Of a stretch of DNA of 64,000 nt, positions 1 to 10,947 are shown piece after piece. Below the pieces are notes generated by a model. The model saw only the letters and a program-made list of their open reading frames with translations, had not been told where the DNA came from and did no database searches. The stretch lies in assembly GCA_025594325.1 (NCBI GenBank), contig JANHCV010000009.1:1054001-1118000 (forward strand), given 5' to 3'. The DNA comes from Blastocladiella emersonii ATCC 22665. Taxonomy: Eukaryota; Fungi; Blastocladiomycota. The translations under genes were made by a program, and so were the position numbers. Position 1 is the first letter of the stretch. Each line of letters begins with the position of its first letter.

Positions 1-2237
1 AGCTTCGGGATCAGCGAGACCGTCCAGCGCGCCATCAGGAGCGAGACGCAAAACGGCCAACGGAAGGCTGCCCGCGACCACCTCTCCCCGCAGCGTGTCA
101 AAAGCACGGCGAGGATTGGTTGTAAACAGCATGCGTGCGACAAGCCGGGCGGACGCGAGGCGATCACACGCGCAAGTCAAGGATTCTTCAACGTCCAGGG
201 ACTTGCACAGTCGCGACCAAAGGTCGTTTACAGGAGGAAGCAGCGATTCGCAATGCTCGAGTCCGCACTTGTCCCAAAGAGCCTCGACAATGTCGCGCCA
301 GATTTGCTGCGCAGTGAGCGGGCATGTTGGGCAAAGCGTGAGGTGAGGCTCGTCGATATTTCCGAATCTGTCCAGCGAGTCGGGAACGCCATCAGGTTTG
401 AAGAGCGAGCGGAGGACAACCTGGAGGTAAAGGTGAGCGTTGTTTGACTGGTCGATCAAGCGCGTGAACCAGCTCTTGATGTTCACTCGCGAAAAGGCTG
501 ACGCGAGCAGCCGAGAAATGTCGAGGGATGCAAGCCAGCTCGAGCTCTCATAATAAGACGCCGGGGAAGAGGTGAGAGCGCTGAGAAACTCGGCGGGGAT
601 GGCAAGTGTCTCGCTGTCGAACAAAAAGGCAAAGAAACGAGCATCGACGACAAGGTCGAACTCGTCCACTTCGCGCGCCGCTGCGGCGTACAAGTAAAAG
701 GCATCAACGAAAGCTGACAGGGTAAGCTGAATGTCCGTGTAGCTGCGCGGACCCAGGACGAGTGCAACCGGAGCACGGCTTCGCCAATGTGGGGGTTGGA
801 ATAGGGTCTTCCACGCCCAACGCAGAACGCTATACGTGCGATATGAATTAGCCTGCATTCATGTGGTGACCCAAGTACAGGATGGGGTCACGCACCGTCA
901 AGAAGCAACTGCTTCCACTTGTCCGAGCTGTACCGCCCGCGGAGCCGCCCAACGTATTCAAGCTCGTTTCGGGCGATAGCCGAGCCGAGAAGCGCGCTAC
1001 AGTGCTTCGTAGCAACGAGCCCCTGCGCGTGGAGAAACTCGAGGTCGTCGACAGGCAAATCAATGTCAAACCATTCAACCACATGCTCTCCGAGCTGGCG
1101 CTGCACGGGTACGTCGAATCCGTTGTCCCCCTTATCATCTCCGCCGTCAAGAGGCGTCCGATGAATCGGAAAGTCTTGGAGTTGTAGATCGAGGACGAAG
1201 GCGGACCTGATTTGGTCAGGGAAGCGACGGACAAGCTCAACAAAGACGTGTGAGCCCACGTCAACCGCCGAGTGCACGTAGAGGTTGTGCACGTTGAGAG
1301 GCATTTGCGAGCTGTGCTTGATGAGCCAAATGTAAAAGTCGGTGAACTTGCGAGGAACATAATACATTTCCGCGACGCCCTCTGCAACGCAGATGGCCAG
1401 TTTTGCCGGGTTGGGCGCTCCGTACAAGCCAGCAAGCACCGACGTGTCAACCGTGAAGCGAGAGCCTTCCATGAGCAGCTGGAATGTCGGAAGGTTCCAC
1501 GACAGCAGCGCAAGGTAGCATAGGCCGTCGATGAAACGCACAGGAGACGCGGGAAGATTGAACTCGGCGATGTCAAGGCCAAAGTCGTAGAACAGGTCAA
1601 AGAATAGCGGGACCCAGTCTGCCAGCGCGAGACGGACCTCGAGCAGCGAGGTCGATTTGATGACGATGTCGGTAAGAATTAGTTGGAGCGGATCCGTCCA
1701 GCCGGAGATGACGGCAGCAGCGACAAGTCGCACAAGCGTCGACAGCGGGCACGTCAAAATAGAGCTGTAGTTAATCGTGTGCGAGTCCTCGAGCCGCTGA
1801 CGTAGGGTCTCCGAGTTGACGTCGCTGGGTCGAATACGGCGCCGCAGAAGCTTGGCCAGGTTGACCAAGATCGCAGTCGGTGCAGGGGCTCGGACATAAA
1901 AATCATTTCTTGATCTGGCAGCCTTTTGGATCTCCGTGGAATTGAGGTCGATCATGAAAAGGCGCGCGAGGGCATCGCGAGGACGCCTCGGAAACGTGCT
2001 GACGGACGTTTTAAAGAGCCCGTCGAGGATAGCCATGGCCCACGAGAAGCAACCGGGTCCGTCAAGCAACAGCGCATGGAATGAGTCAGACGCCGCAGCG
2101 ACGGCGGCGCACGGGGTCGCGAGCTGGAGAACGGTAGCGGTCAGCTCGGTTGGAAGCTGCGTAAGCGACATTGTGTTGCCCGGGTCCCCTTCATTCGATT
2201 GCATCAAGTTGCTGTGATTCATGGCGGTGGGTGTCAT
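1..2237 (-). CDS. F-box-like lineage-specific protein, paralog A (two exons; 3' end runs off the window)
   Basis: The N-terminus SLTQLPTELTATVLQLA is F-box-like and matches paralog B (LTLAEIPTEIAELVLQLV). The ORF-track stop at 888 falls in a predicted phase-1 intron 895..714 (GTGCGT...CTGTCAG). Splicing gives LDG|AFVDAFYL, versus VVG|AFESAFYW in B. Exon 2 (713..1) is open to the window edge and aligns to B exon 2 (LCPTCPLTAQQIWRDIV vs TCSQCDLDLQEAWYTTV; LAPDGALDG vs LIPEGRLDG). Start ATG is 2237 or 2222. Confidence 0.7.
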
Positions 2238-2897
2238 CGTCGTCGAGAGAGTGGGCGGGTGCGGGGATGGACGCGAGTCGAGCGCCACCACGCCAACGAG
2301 CGTTCCCACGCGCCGGAAAGCCACACGTGTTTCCACCTGATAGATCGACGCGCTGCCCGACCTTGACGAGCGTGAACTTTTTCCTCGAGAATGATTGGGA
2401 CTCTAACGTGGGTCGCGATGGGCTGCACAATCGCGTTCCGGTCGAAACTCATGTCAAGGTGGGGCTTGCCCGAGTCACCCAAGAAGGTCTGGCCAGCCGG
2501 ACGGCGCAAAAGTTGCCGAATCGAAGAATACATGCGGCTTCACGGATGATCCGAGCCGCGGATCGAGTGGAGAATCGCCCTGACCGCGCTTGCGCATCAC
2601 GCTGGGAACGAAGCGTCGAAGCGGACCAACGCATCTCCGCCACGCAAGAGCAACTCCACACCGGCCAGACCAGTGAGAGAGAGGTTTAAGCTGGAGCCTC
2701 CGTGTGCACCGCGAGCCCTCAACGAAGGGGTTTTCGCGGCGGCGTTCGCACGCGCAAGACGCGTCGTTCAATCAGGTGACGGCGGTGCGCCACGTCGCCA
2801 CGCCGCCCGATGTGCTCCCAGCGCCGCCATCGGCTTCCCCCCCTTCTCCCTCTTACAACCCTCATCGAAGCACCCGCACTACATGCAACGCACACCC

Positions 2898-4360
2898 ATG
2901 GCATCCACCAACGTCCAGGTCCTCGACGACGTGCAGGCTGCCGTCGCGGCGGCCACCCTCGCCGGCGCCGTCCTGGTCGTCGCGCTCGAACAGCCCGCGT
3001 CGCAGGACATGACCGAGGCTGCGCGTGAGGGAGCCGTCTCGCTTGCTCCTACGCCGGTTATTGTTCTGCGTCTCGAGGCTGGCGGGGCTGGGGCGGCCAT
3101 GTTCGGCCAAGTCTAGTACGCCTGGCCGCGGTGCATTCGTGGAGTGCGAACCAACGCTGACAAGTCCGTTCTCCACGTAGCCCCGTTAACCGTGTTCCCG
3201 CACTCTACGTGCTGCGCCAGGGCCTGATGCTCGACACCGTCTTCGAGCGGAGCGAGGTCGCCGACCGACTCGCGCGAGTCCAGCAGTCGCTCACGTCGGG
3301 CGCTGCGCCCGTGCCTGTACCGTCCGCAACGACGGCTCCTGTGCCGTCAAATATCTCCGCTACCGCTACTGCTACCGCACCGGCTGCCGCTCCAGTACCT
3401 GTACCTGTCGCGTCGCCACCTGCCGCGCCTGCTCGACCAGCGGCCGCGTCGTCCCCTGCACCGGCATCTGTGCCTCAACCTCAGCATGTTCCGCCACCGG
3501 CTGCCGCAGCTCCGCGCCCGAGCGATGCTTCTCGTCCAACCTCGCCACATGCAGCTGCACCCGCTCCTGCCGCCGCCCCTGCAGCCGCGCCGAGCCCTCT
3601 CTCCTCGCGCCGCGGCGCGCCGATCCGGTCTACGACCTCGACCGACGCGGCGTACCTGCGCGAGGTGCGGGATCAGATTGCGCAAGACCGCGCCAACCGC
3701 GCTGCCGCCGCTGCCGCCACCTCTTCCGCTTCAACGCCGGCGACCCCACCGCGCACCGCGTCCTCGCCCGACCTGGCCACCGTGCAGCTCGCGATCCGCC
3801 AGCTCGACGGCTCGGTCATCCGCACCACATTCCCGGCGACGGACGCCGTGTCTGCTGTGACCGACTGGATCCGCGACAACGCGGCATCGACGGCGGCGCC
3901 CGTCCCGCCGTACTCGCTCGTTCAGACGTACCCGATCCGCCGCGTGCTGTGGACGCCCACGGGCGTGACCGAGGACGGCAAGGGGTCGCTCGGCGAGCTC
4001 GGGCTCGCGCCGTCCGCGACCGTGGTCATGCGACCCTCGTCAATCGCCGCCTCGGGCTCGCGTGGGGTGGCGGGCCCGTCGGCGATCGCGGCGCTGTTCG
4101 CGTGGATCGCGGGCCTGTTCGGGTGGCTGTGGCAGTTTGTGACGGGGTTCGCGTCGTCTTCGCCCGCGCACGATGGCGCCACTGACGCCAAGGACCACGC
4201 GTCGTCTGCCGCATCGTCGTCAGCGACGCCCGCGGTCGAGGCTGAGCGGATCCGCCAGCGCCGCCTGCAGACGCTTGCGGACCTCCAGCGGCGCCAGTCG
4301 GACAGCGGCGATGGGCCTGTCACGTCGTACAACGGCAACTCGACGAGCCATGAGGAGTAG
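2898..4360 (+). CDS. UBXN4: UBX-domain p97 cofactor, UBXN4/erasin-like
   Basis: Intron 3117..3180 (GTACGC...CTGAC...TAG) joins FGQV|YPVNRVPALYV, resembling the UBXN4 thioredoxin-like domain. The UBX domain (VQLAIRQLDGSVIRTTF...SLGELGLAPSATVVM) is followed by a hydrophobic membrane segment and the C-terminal YNGNSTSHEE motif typical of UBXN4. Confidence 0.85.
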
Positions 4361-4431
4361 TTGGAGCAATTCAAAATCAATATATGCACATCACATCGCA
4401 TCAAACTCAGCGCGCCACATCACATCCAAAC

Positions 4432-6036
4432 TCAGCGCGTCAGCGTGCAGGCCGGGTACCGCGCATTGAATCGCGTCACACGCGGGTCGTTGGCGTGGAT
4501 CCCGCAGTAGCCGACCTGCACTCTCTCGAGCGAGTCGAGCTCGAGCTCCACGAGCTGCGCGAGCGTCGCGCCCGTGATGCTCGTCATGGAGAGGTCGAGC
4601 CGCTTGATCCCGCGCGGCACCTGCGCGAGGAACGGGGACACCGCCGTGTCGCCAACCATTACGTTGGTGAGCCGAAGGTCCTCGAGGGCCGCGGGGAGTT
4701 GCTGAGCAAACGTCGCGAGCCCATCGTGCACCGGGTCCACCGCCTCGAGGGCGAGGAGCCGAAGCGACGGCGGGAAGTGCTTGGCGAGCAGCGCGATGTC
4801 GCTCTCGCTCAGGCCGTACAGGAACAGGTGCAGCGCGCGCAGCGTGGGTGGAAGAACGGAAGCAAGCTTGCCGGCGCCGCGCGAGCCAAGGTTAATCCCG
4901 CCCAGGTTGAGGATCTCGAGAGTTGGCGGGAGCGCCTTGGCGAGCGCGAGGATGGCGCGGTGGCTGAGGTCGGCCTCGGCCAGGTTGAGCTCGAGGAGCG
5001 AGGGCGGAAGCAGCGAGACGAGGGCCGTGTCAATATCCTTGCCAAGCGCGTTGCCGCCAAGCGTGAGCGAGCGCAAAGTAGCCGGGTACGCCGAGGCGAG
5101 CGACTCGGCGGCGGCCATGGACCACTGCGCGCGGAACAAGTTGAGGCGCTCGAGCTGCGGGGGCACGGCAAGCGCGAGGCTCGTGATTCCGGCGGGAGGA
5201 AGGCGGGAATCGTTGTGAGAGGCGAGATTGAGGTTCTTGAGCGTGGATGGAAGATGGCGCAGGAACCCGAAGGTATCGGAGTCTGGGTCGGAGACGTCCA
5301 AGACGCCCTTGGACAGGTCGAGGTGCTCGAGACCCTCGGGCAGCCACGGACCCTGCACCTCGTTTGCGCGATAGATGAGACATTGCTCGCTGAGATCAAG
5401 CGAGCCAAGCGTTGCAGGGAGCCGCATCTGTGCCACGAGGGGAAGGAATACGGCCGAGCCGGCAAAGGAGATGCTCGAGACCGCCTGGTTGGGGCTCGAG
5501 AAGGCGACGCGAAGGGTCTCGGCACCGCGCTCGGTGATGCGCATGTTCGTGATCTCGACGTGGGTCAGCTTCCCCGAAGCAATCATGGGTGCAACGCGAG
5601 CTGCCTCCGTGTCTCCGGGCACCTCCCCGTGGTGCTCGGGCTTGACGCGCAGGTCGAGAAGCGCTGCAAATGGTCGCGGGATGTCGTTGGCGTACTGGGT
5701 GTCGAACGGGATTCCAGAGTCGCGCCACCACTCGATCAGGGCAAAACGATGTGCGAAATACAACCCCACAATGATATTGAAGACGTCGGCCGGCGGCGGC
5801 GGCTGATGGCCCGAAATCTTCCAAAGCTTAAGCAGGCTGAGGCGGCCGAGCGCGCTCGCATCCTCCATGGACACGTTCGAGACGACGTGGTCGACGATGG
5901 ACCGGAAAACACGCGGCGCAGCGTCCCGGGGAAAAACGCGAGAGTAGTGCGCGAGTGCGGCAGCGTTGTCCGCGCGGGTGGCGTAGACTGCCTCCACGAG
6001 GATGGCCTCGATGAGGAAAACGTCGCTGAGGCTCAT
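4432..6036 (-). CDS. RNI-like leucine-rich-repeat protein with degenerate ankyrin-like N-terminus
   Basis: Intronless ORF with about 10 LxxLxLxxN/C repeats (e.g. LPPTLEILNLGGINL). N-terminal DASALGRLSLLKLW and LIEWWRDSGIPF segments. ATG 6036 is in a CGACCATG context. Confidence 0.85.
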   Translation of the reverse strand: MSLSDVFLIEAILVEAVYATRADNAAALAHYSRVFPRDAAPRVFRSIVDHVVSNVSMEDASALGRLSLLKLWKISGHQPPPPADVFNIIVGLYFAHRFALIEWWRDSGIPFDTQYANDIPRPFAALLDLRVKPEHHGEVPGDTEAARVAPMIASGKLTHVEITNMRITERGAETLRVAFSSPNQAVSSISFAGSAVFLPLVAQMRLPATLGSLDLSEQCLIYRANEVQGPWLPEGLEHLDLSKGVLDVSDPDSDTFGFLRHLPSTLKNLNLASHNDSRLPPAGITSLALAVPPQLERLNLFRAQWSMAAAESLASAYPATLRSLTLGGNALGKDIDTALVSLLPPSLLELNLAEADLSHRAILALAKALPPTLEILNLGGINLGSRGAGKLASVLPPTLRALHLFLYGLSESDIALLAKHFPPSLRLLALEAVDPVHDGLATFAQQLPAALEDLRLTNVMVGDTAVSPFLAQVPRGIKRLDLSMTSITGATLAQLVELELDSLERVQVGYCGIHANDPRVTRFNARYPACTLTR

Positions 6037-6854
6037 GGTCGCACGATAACCTGAATGCAGCAAGTTTAAGCAAACGAATTACATTAGCTTCAGGGTAGTG
6101 AGGTCGCTGGGAGGGCGGCAACTTCGGTGCGCCCGAGAACAGGGGCACCGGATGGGTGTTCATGTCCGCGACACGCTTGATCAAGCCACTCCGAGCATCA
6201 CATGATTTCCCGACGCGTCTCTCGACCATAGTCCCGCGAAAGGGCCCTCGCGGCTTCGCTTTTGAAGATGAAGTGGTATGCGAGTATAGTGCTCATTTAT
6301 TGCAGAGTTATTCATCAGCATTAGGGCTGAGCGCTTGCACGGCCAAGGTCCTCTATGCGTTTAGCTGCTGTAAAATCCCCAAGCTTCTGGAGAAGAGCTC
6401 CGAGGCGTTCACGGCGAGACCCCAGTCGCCCGAGCGCTTCAGCGAAGGGACGAGCTTGTTCACGGGTGAGTGTGACTGGCCTTGAGCCTGAGCCATGCAA
6501 AAGTGGGAGCAGTGGTTGGATGTTGACGTAGTCGTTCGCCATTTCGGCAGCAAGCTCCTGAATCTCTCGGTGAACGAGACGCATCTGTACTGAAAGAGGT
6601 ACTGGCTCGCGTCGGCAAACCTTTTTGGAATCGTGCGAGTTGGGTGGTGAGCCGGGTCGCTTGACGTGCTGCGAGGGGTAGCCCGAGTTGTGCTCGGCCG
6701 TGGTTAAGTGTACAAGTGGTTTCAGTGGAGCTGAAAGGTTTGTTCTCTTGAAAGGAGAGTGCGAGGCAACCCTTTATAGCCCGGACTTGGCGGCGGATCG
6801 AGCTTGAGTGTGGAGGCGTGCATACATGCATTCAATGCACTCCAACCTTTTTAA

Positions 6855-7011
6855 GGGTCCGTTTGGTTCGAGGTTAGCTGGATCAGCTGAATCAATCCTG
6901 AGCAAAATGCACGGGGTGAAGTTGCCACATTTCAACTGGCTGAACACGGGACAGTGTAAAATCGATTGATCCAGCTGATCCAGCTGATCCAGCCGGGAAC
7001 CAAACGGACCC
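6855..7011. mobile_element. 157-bp Tourist-like (PIF/Harbinger) MITE
   Basis: Perfect 15-bp TIRs GGGTCCGTTTGGTTC (6855-6869) and GAACCAAACGGACCC (6997-7011), flanked by TAA (6852-6854 and 7012-7014). Subterminal AGCTGGATC repeats extend the inverted symmetry. No coding capacity. Confidence 0.9.
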
Positions 7012-7202
7012 TAAGTCTCGGTGGATGCGTTAACGAGCTTACGAACGTGCCCGCAAGACAGGACCTGCATTGTCGACTGGTCTTCAAAAAAACCTGCTCC
7101 CTTGAACGTAAAGCTGCTCCTCTACCACGCCCACAACTTCACTTCAAGTGCGCCTTGATCCCGTCCATCGAAAACGGCGCTCACTAACTGCGCCAGATAC
7201 CA

Positions 7203-7718
7203 GTGCCCGATTCACACACAAAACTTGTCGATACGCTCTCGGAACTCTCAGGCAAACGTCTTACACCGTTGGCGAGTGATGCGGCAGCTGTTCAAGTAGT
7301 CCACAGCTCAGCGCAACCAACACGTGCCCTTCATGTCCATCGGGCTCAGCACGCACCAACCGTGCAACCCGAGATGTTTGTGGCCGTCAAAACGGCCGAC
7401 CTCCTTCGTCTCGCTACCTTTGCTCGTAAGCTTACCAAGTACGTCAAGAACCAGATGACCATGGCCATCCCTGCCTCGCGAACCGTCGACTCGCGCGAAG
7501 AATTGGTTGTGGTGATTGATGCTCTCGAGGAAATGCTCCCTTTCCTGATGACTGTGCCACTTCGGGTTCCCAGCCCATTGGCCGCGCTTGCCCGCTTGGC
7601 AACGCCTCTTCTGGGCAACAACGGCAAAGCTGTCAAAGTCAACACCAGGGCTTCAAAGGTCGTAGAAAAGCAAGTCGCTGCGCCGGATGTGAGTTGCTGG
7701 GAGCTGATAGCTCAATGA
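7203..7718 (+). CDS. hypothetical 171-aa ORF
   Basis: ORF track only (GTG start). No recognisable domain. Confidence 0.25.
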   Translation: MPDSHTKLVDTLSELSGKRLTPLASDAAAVQVVHSSAQPTRALHVHRAQHAPTVQPEMFVAVKTADLLRLATFARKLTKYVKNQMTMAIPASRTVDSREELVVVIDALEEMLPFLMTVPLRVPSPLAALARLATPLLGNNGKAVKVNTRASKVVEKQVAAPDVSCWELIAQ

Positions 7719-8176
7719 AGCAGCTCAAAGCCAATTACCTGGCCAAGTGCGGAAGCAGGAATGCAGCACACCAGGCATTGCGCTACGGCGCCCATTCTCC
7801 AGCCTATCCTCCTCAAGCAACGGTAATCCACCAGTCCCGCGGCACCATTAATAAGACTCAGGCACTCGTCGCTGCATGAATCGTCGCTCTTCACAATAAA
7901 TCAATCTCTCTTCCCGGCACAAAGTTCTTAAATCGTTGATACTTACTTGTCTTTGGGAATGAGCCGAAAGCTCTCACGCGAGCCGGCTTACGCTCTGAGG
8001 TGAGCTGCACCATTTGCCCCACCACCGCTATCTAGAGCAAGAAACAGTGCGCCTTTCACTCGCACGTGAGTGGCGCAGCGCGTCCACACGCGTCCAAAGA
8101 CTCGCGTTCGAGTTGGGTCTCTCACAAGCCACCGGAAACCAACATTCCACATTTGTATTGCATCGTGCGCTTTGCG

Positions 8177-10519
8177 TCATGGTGCAAATTGGCCGAAGGT
8201 TACTGCAAACTCGTGGGACGCAACGGTAATCGGTGCGATCTTGCGCATCACCTCCATCGGATCGTTCCCAGCTTCTGCGTCTGATGGTGCCCTGAGTTGA
8301 CGCGCGACGAAGCCAATCCAAGCTGTATCTCGGACCCCGTCTAACCGGCCCTCGGGGATCAGCGCCCACAAGGCGGGTTCAGCTGAATGCCAGGTGTAAA
8401 GCAGGTGATCAACAACAGAGTCCATGTCGGCAGTGAGCAAGATCTGAAGGGTCTTGAGTGATGCTGTCAGTCGACTCTCGGAGCTTGAGCGCGACGTGAT
8501 GGTACAGCACTGTCGACGTTCATTCCCACTAAACGCGGACTTGACTAATTTGTTGACCGAGCTTGCGAGCATCGGGACGCGTTTAAGCGATGGGAGAAGT
8601 GAAGCTAGCTGAGAAACGGTCGTGTACCACGCCTCCTGCAAGTCCAAGTCGCACTGTGAACAGGTTCTTCCTGCGTCCCCAACTTTGAAGTCGTGTTTAC
8701 CCACTTTGCCCGTAACTTGTGCGTGAAGCATCGCGCCAAGGAAAGCAGGAGCTGATGAACTTCGATCAAGGACTTGGAGGGTAAAGCTGCTCAAGGACGG
8801 ATTTCTGAGCATCGCGACAGGGATCCAAACCAGCGAATCGCATGACGCCCCCTTGCGACGAGTAACAAGTAAGCATGCGAGTACAAACGGACCGCGCAAG
8901 TCGGGACTGCGAGTCAGGGTAAAGACGCGGGCAATTCGTTGCGAAACCACAGCGGGACCCCAGCGGAGGTCCTCGTGAAGCGTCACATGCGCGAATCGTT
9001 CAGCAAGAGTGGGAAACGAAGGCTTCAGGTGCTGGTAAGCGAAGATGACGACGTTCGTTGCGGAATCGTTTGCGCGACCGAGTGAGCTGCTGGGCCAGTA
9101 GAAGGCCGACTCGAACGCTACAGTTGAGGATTGCAATTGTCAGTCAACCGCATACTGGGCGCTTAAGTAATTCGTACCTCCAACGACGACATCGTCGATG
9201 TCCTCGCCTGCCGTTTCAATGATGAGCGATCGGCAAGTCGCATGAAAGTTAGGTTGGGCAGGACTCTGTCCCTCTTGCAACGTGTGCAAGTACAGCTCGG
9301 AAAGGCCCCAAGTGTCAAGGCAATCCTTGTCGATGAGAAGTCGAAAGGTGGCGGCGTCGTTGAGCGAGGCGGCGGGTCGCTCGCTGTCAAGGATGGACGC
9401 CAGAAAGGCCCGTCCATCTGAAGTGGGTTGACCAACGACAATGGCGGGGCACGACTGCATCGCGTAACCGAGGAGATCAAGTGTGCCGAAGCCAGCGAGC
9501 GCTCCGAACGTTTCGAGGCCGCGCCCGGGTGCGGCTGCCGAAGACATCCAGCCACGACCGCGATTGAACAGGCAACCCAGCATATCTTTAGCCTCAGCTA
9601 GAGTGGTTCGCTCCAGGGTGCATTGGCGGAGAAAAACCGCGCGATGCTGCGTCAGGACTTTGGCAAAGCTTGGCATGATGATCCCAAAGCTCCGTTTGAG
9701 TAGCACGCGGAACACGCTGCCGCGCCATCGAAATGCAGCGAGTAGGGCCAGGAAGTCAATGAGCGTAAGTTGGACAGTGTTCAGGGGATCGGTCGTGTCC
9801 GTATCAAGGCGATACTGCTCCACGCCAACCGCCCACTGCGGAGCGGCAACAAGGCGAATCCATCGATCAAAGTAGCCACGAATCTGCAAGACTTGAGGCG
9901 CAAGCCGTTGGACTTGATACAACATTTCGAGCAAGGACGGCGCGTCGGGTTGATTTGTCGCGAGCACAAGCAATTGGCAGAGTGAAAAAGTCGGGAAGTA
10001 ACGGACCGGGATACGCAAGGTGTACTCGCTTCGCCCGCGCTCTAACAGGAACGCGTTTCGAAACCCGATCTCATCCTCGACCTCGTACTCTGCGGGAAGC
10101 TGCGACGGTTTCCGGATGTAGTACAAGATGCGTTCGAGCAGGAGGAAGAGGAGGTCAACGGGCAGGTCGACGTTACCGGCCCCGTGTTGGCGCTGGTGTG
10201 GCTCTCGAGCCAGCCCGACAAAAAGGAAAAATGCGAGAAGCTCGGTGCCAACTTCGACGCTGCTGCGGCTGTGGTTGCAGATATAGCCGCTATGAAACAC
10301 GGGCATCGTGCGAAGGACGATGTCGAGCCACACCAGTTGGACGCGTCGGCTGCGCGCGCTTCCCACAAGGCAGCCAGTCGCTGAGCACACAAAGGTACGC
10401 GGGGAGACTAGCTGCAAGACGAGTTCCGCGATCTCGGTCGGGATTTCGGCGAGCGTCAAGCTGTGTTCTCGAACATCAAGTTGCATCAAGTCCATAGATT
10501 CATTCAGGTGTTGCTCCAT
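8177..10519 (-). CDS. F-box-like lineage-specific protein, paralog B (~760 aa, two exons)
   Basis: ORFs 9140..10519 and 8177..9136 are in one frame. The separating TGA lies in a 60-nt intron 9177..9118 (GTACGA...CTGAC...TGTAG). F-box-like N-terminus, CxxC in exon 2, homologous to paralog A. Confidence 0.75.
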
Positions 10520-10582
10520 GGTAGTGGTCGTCGCTGAAGAGCGAGCGGGCGCGTCGATGTCGCGCTGAGGTGGGCTCGGCGC

Positions 10583-10607
10583 ATCACATGATTGATCGAC
10601 GCGTCTC
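10583..10607 (-). promoter_or_regulatory. ACGCGTCGA-N5-CANGTGA composite upstream element
   Basis: 25 nt identical to 21150-21174 and 22300-22324, about 65 nt upstream of the paralog B ATG and oriented with transcription. Related copies at 2334, 44315, 47117 and 51480. Confidence 0.6.
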
Positions 10608-10947
10608 GCGCTGTTCGCTCCGCGTCGGCTCCGCCTCCGTTAAGGCTAGTCCAACCCTGTAGTTTGTGTGGATGCGTTTGTGCGCAATTCTTACGATCAC
10701 TGCTGAGCTCCCGACTTGGGTGGAGCACGGAGCCTACTGAGTTCGTCAGCGAACGCCTGCGGGTCGAGAAACGCGTCCCTTCACAACCACATGTTTTGAT
10801 CAACGCAGATCGCTGCGAGATGCGACAGGTGTCGTCTCTTTCGCTCTGGTTACGCTTACACGGCAAGCACTCGGCTTGATTCATGTCCGCAAAACCGGAT
10901 CCCCTATTACAATCGAATAACCTCGCACAATTCCACAACCTCGCCTC

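Noticed and set aside
6321-6584. 87-aa minus-strand ORF divergent from the MITE
   Set aside because: Short, with no domain or paralog evidence in the window. Cannot be supported.
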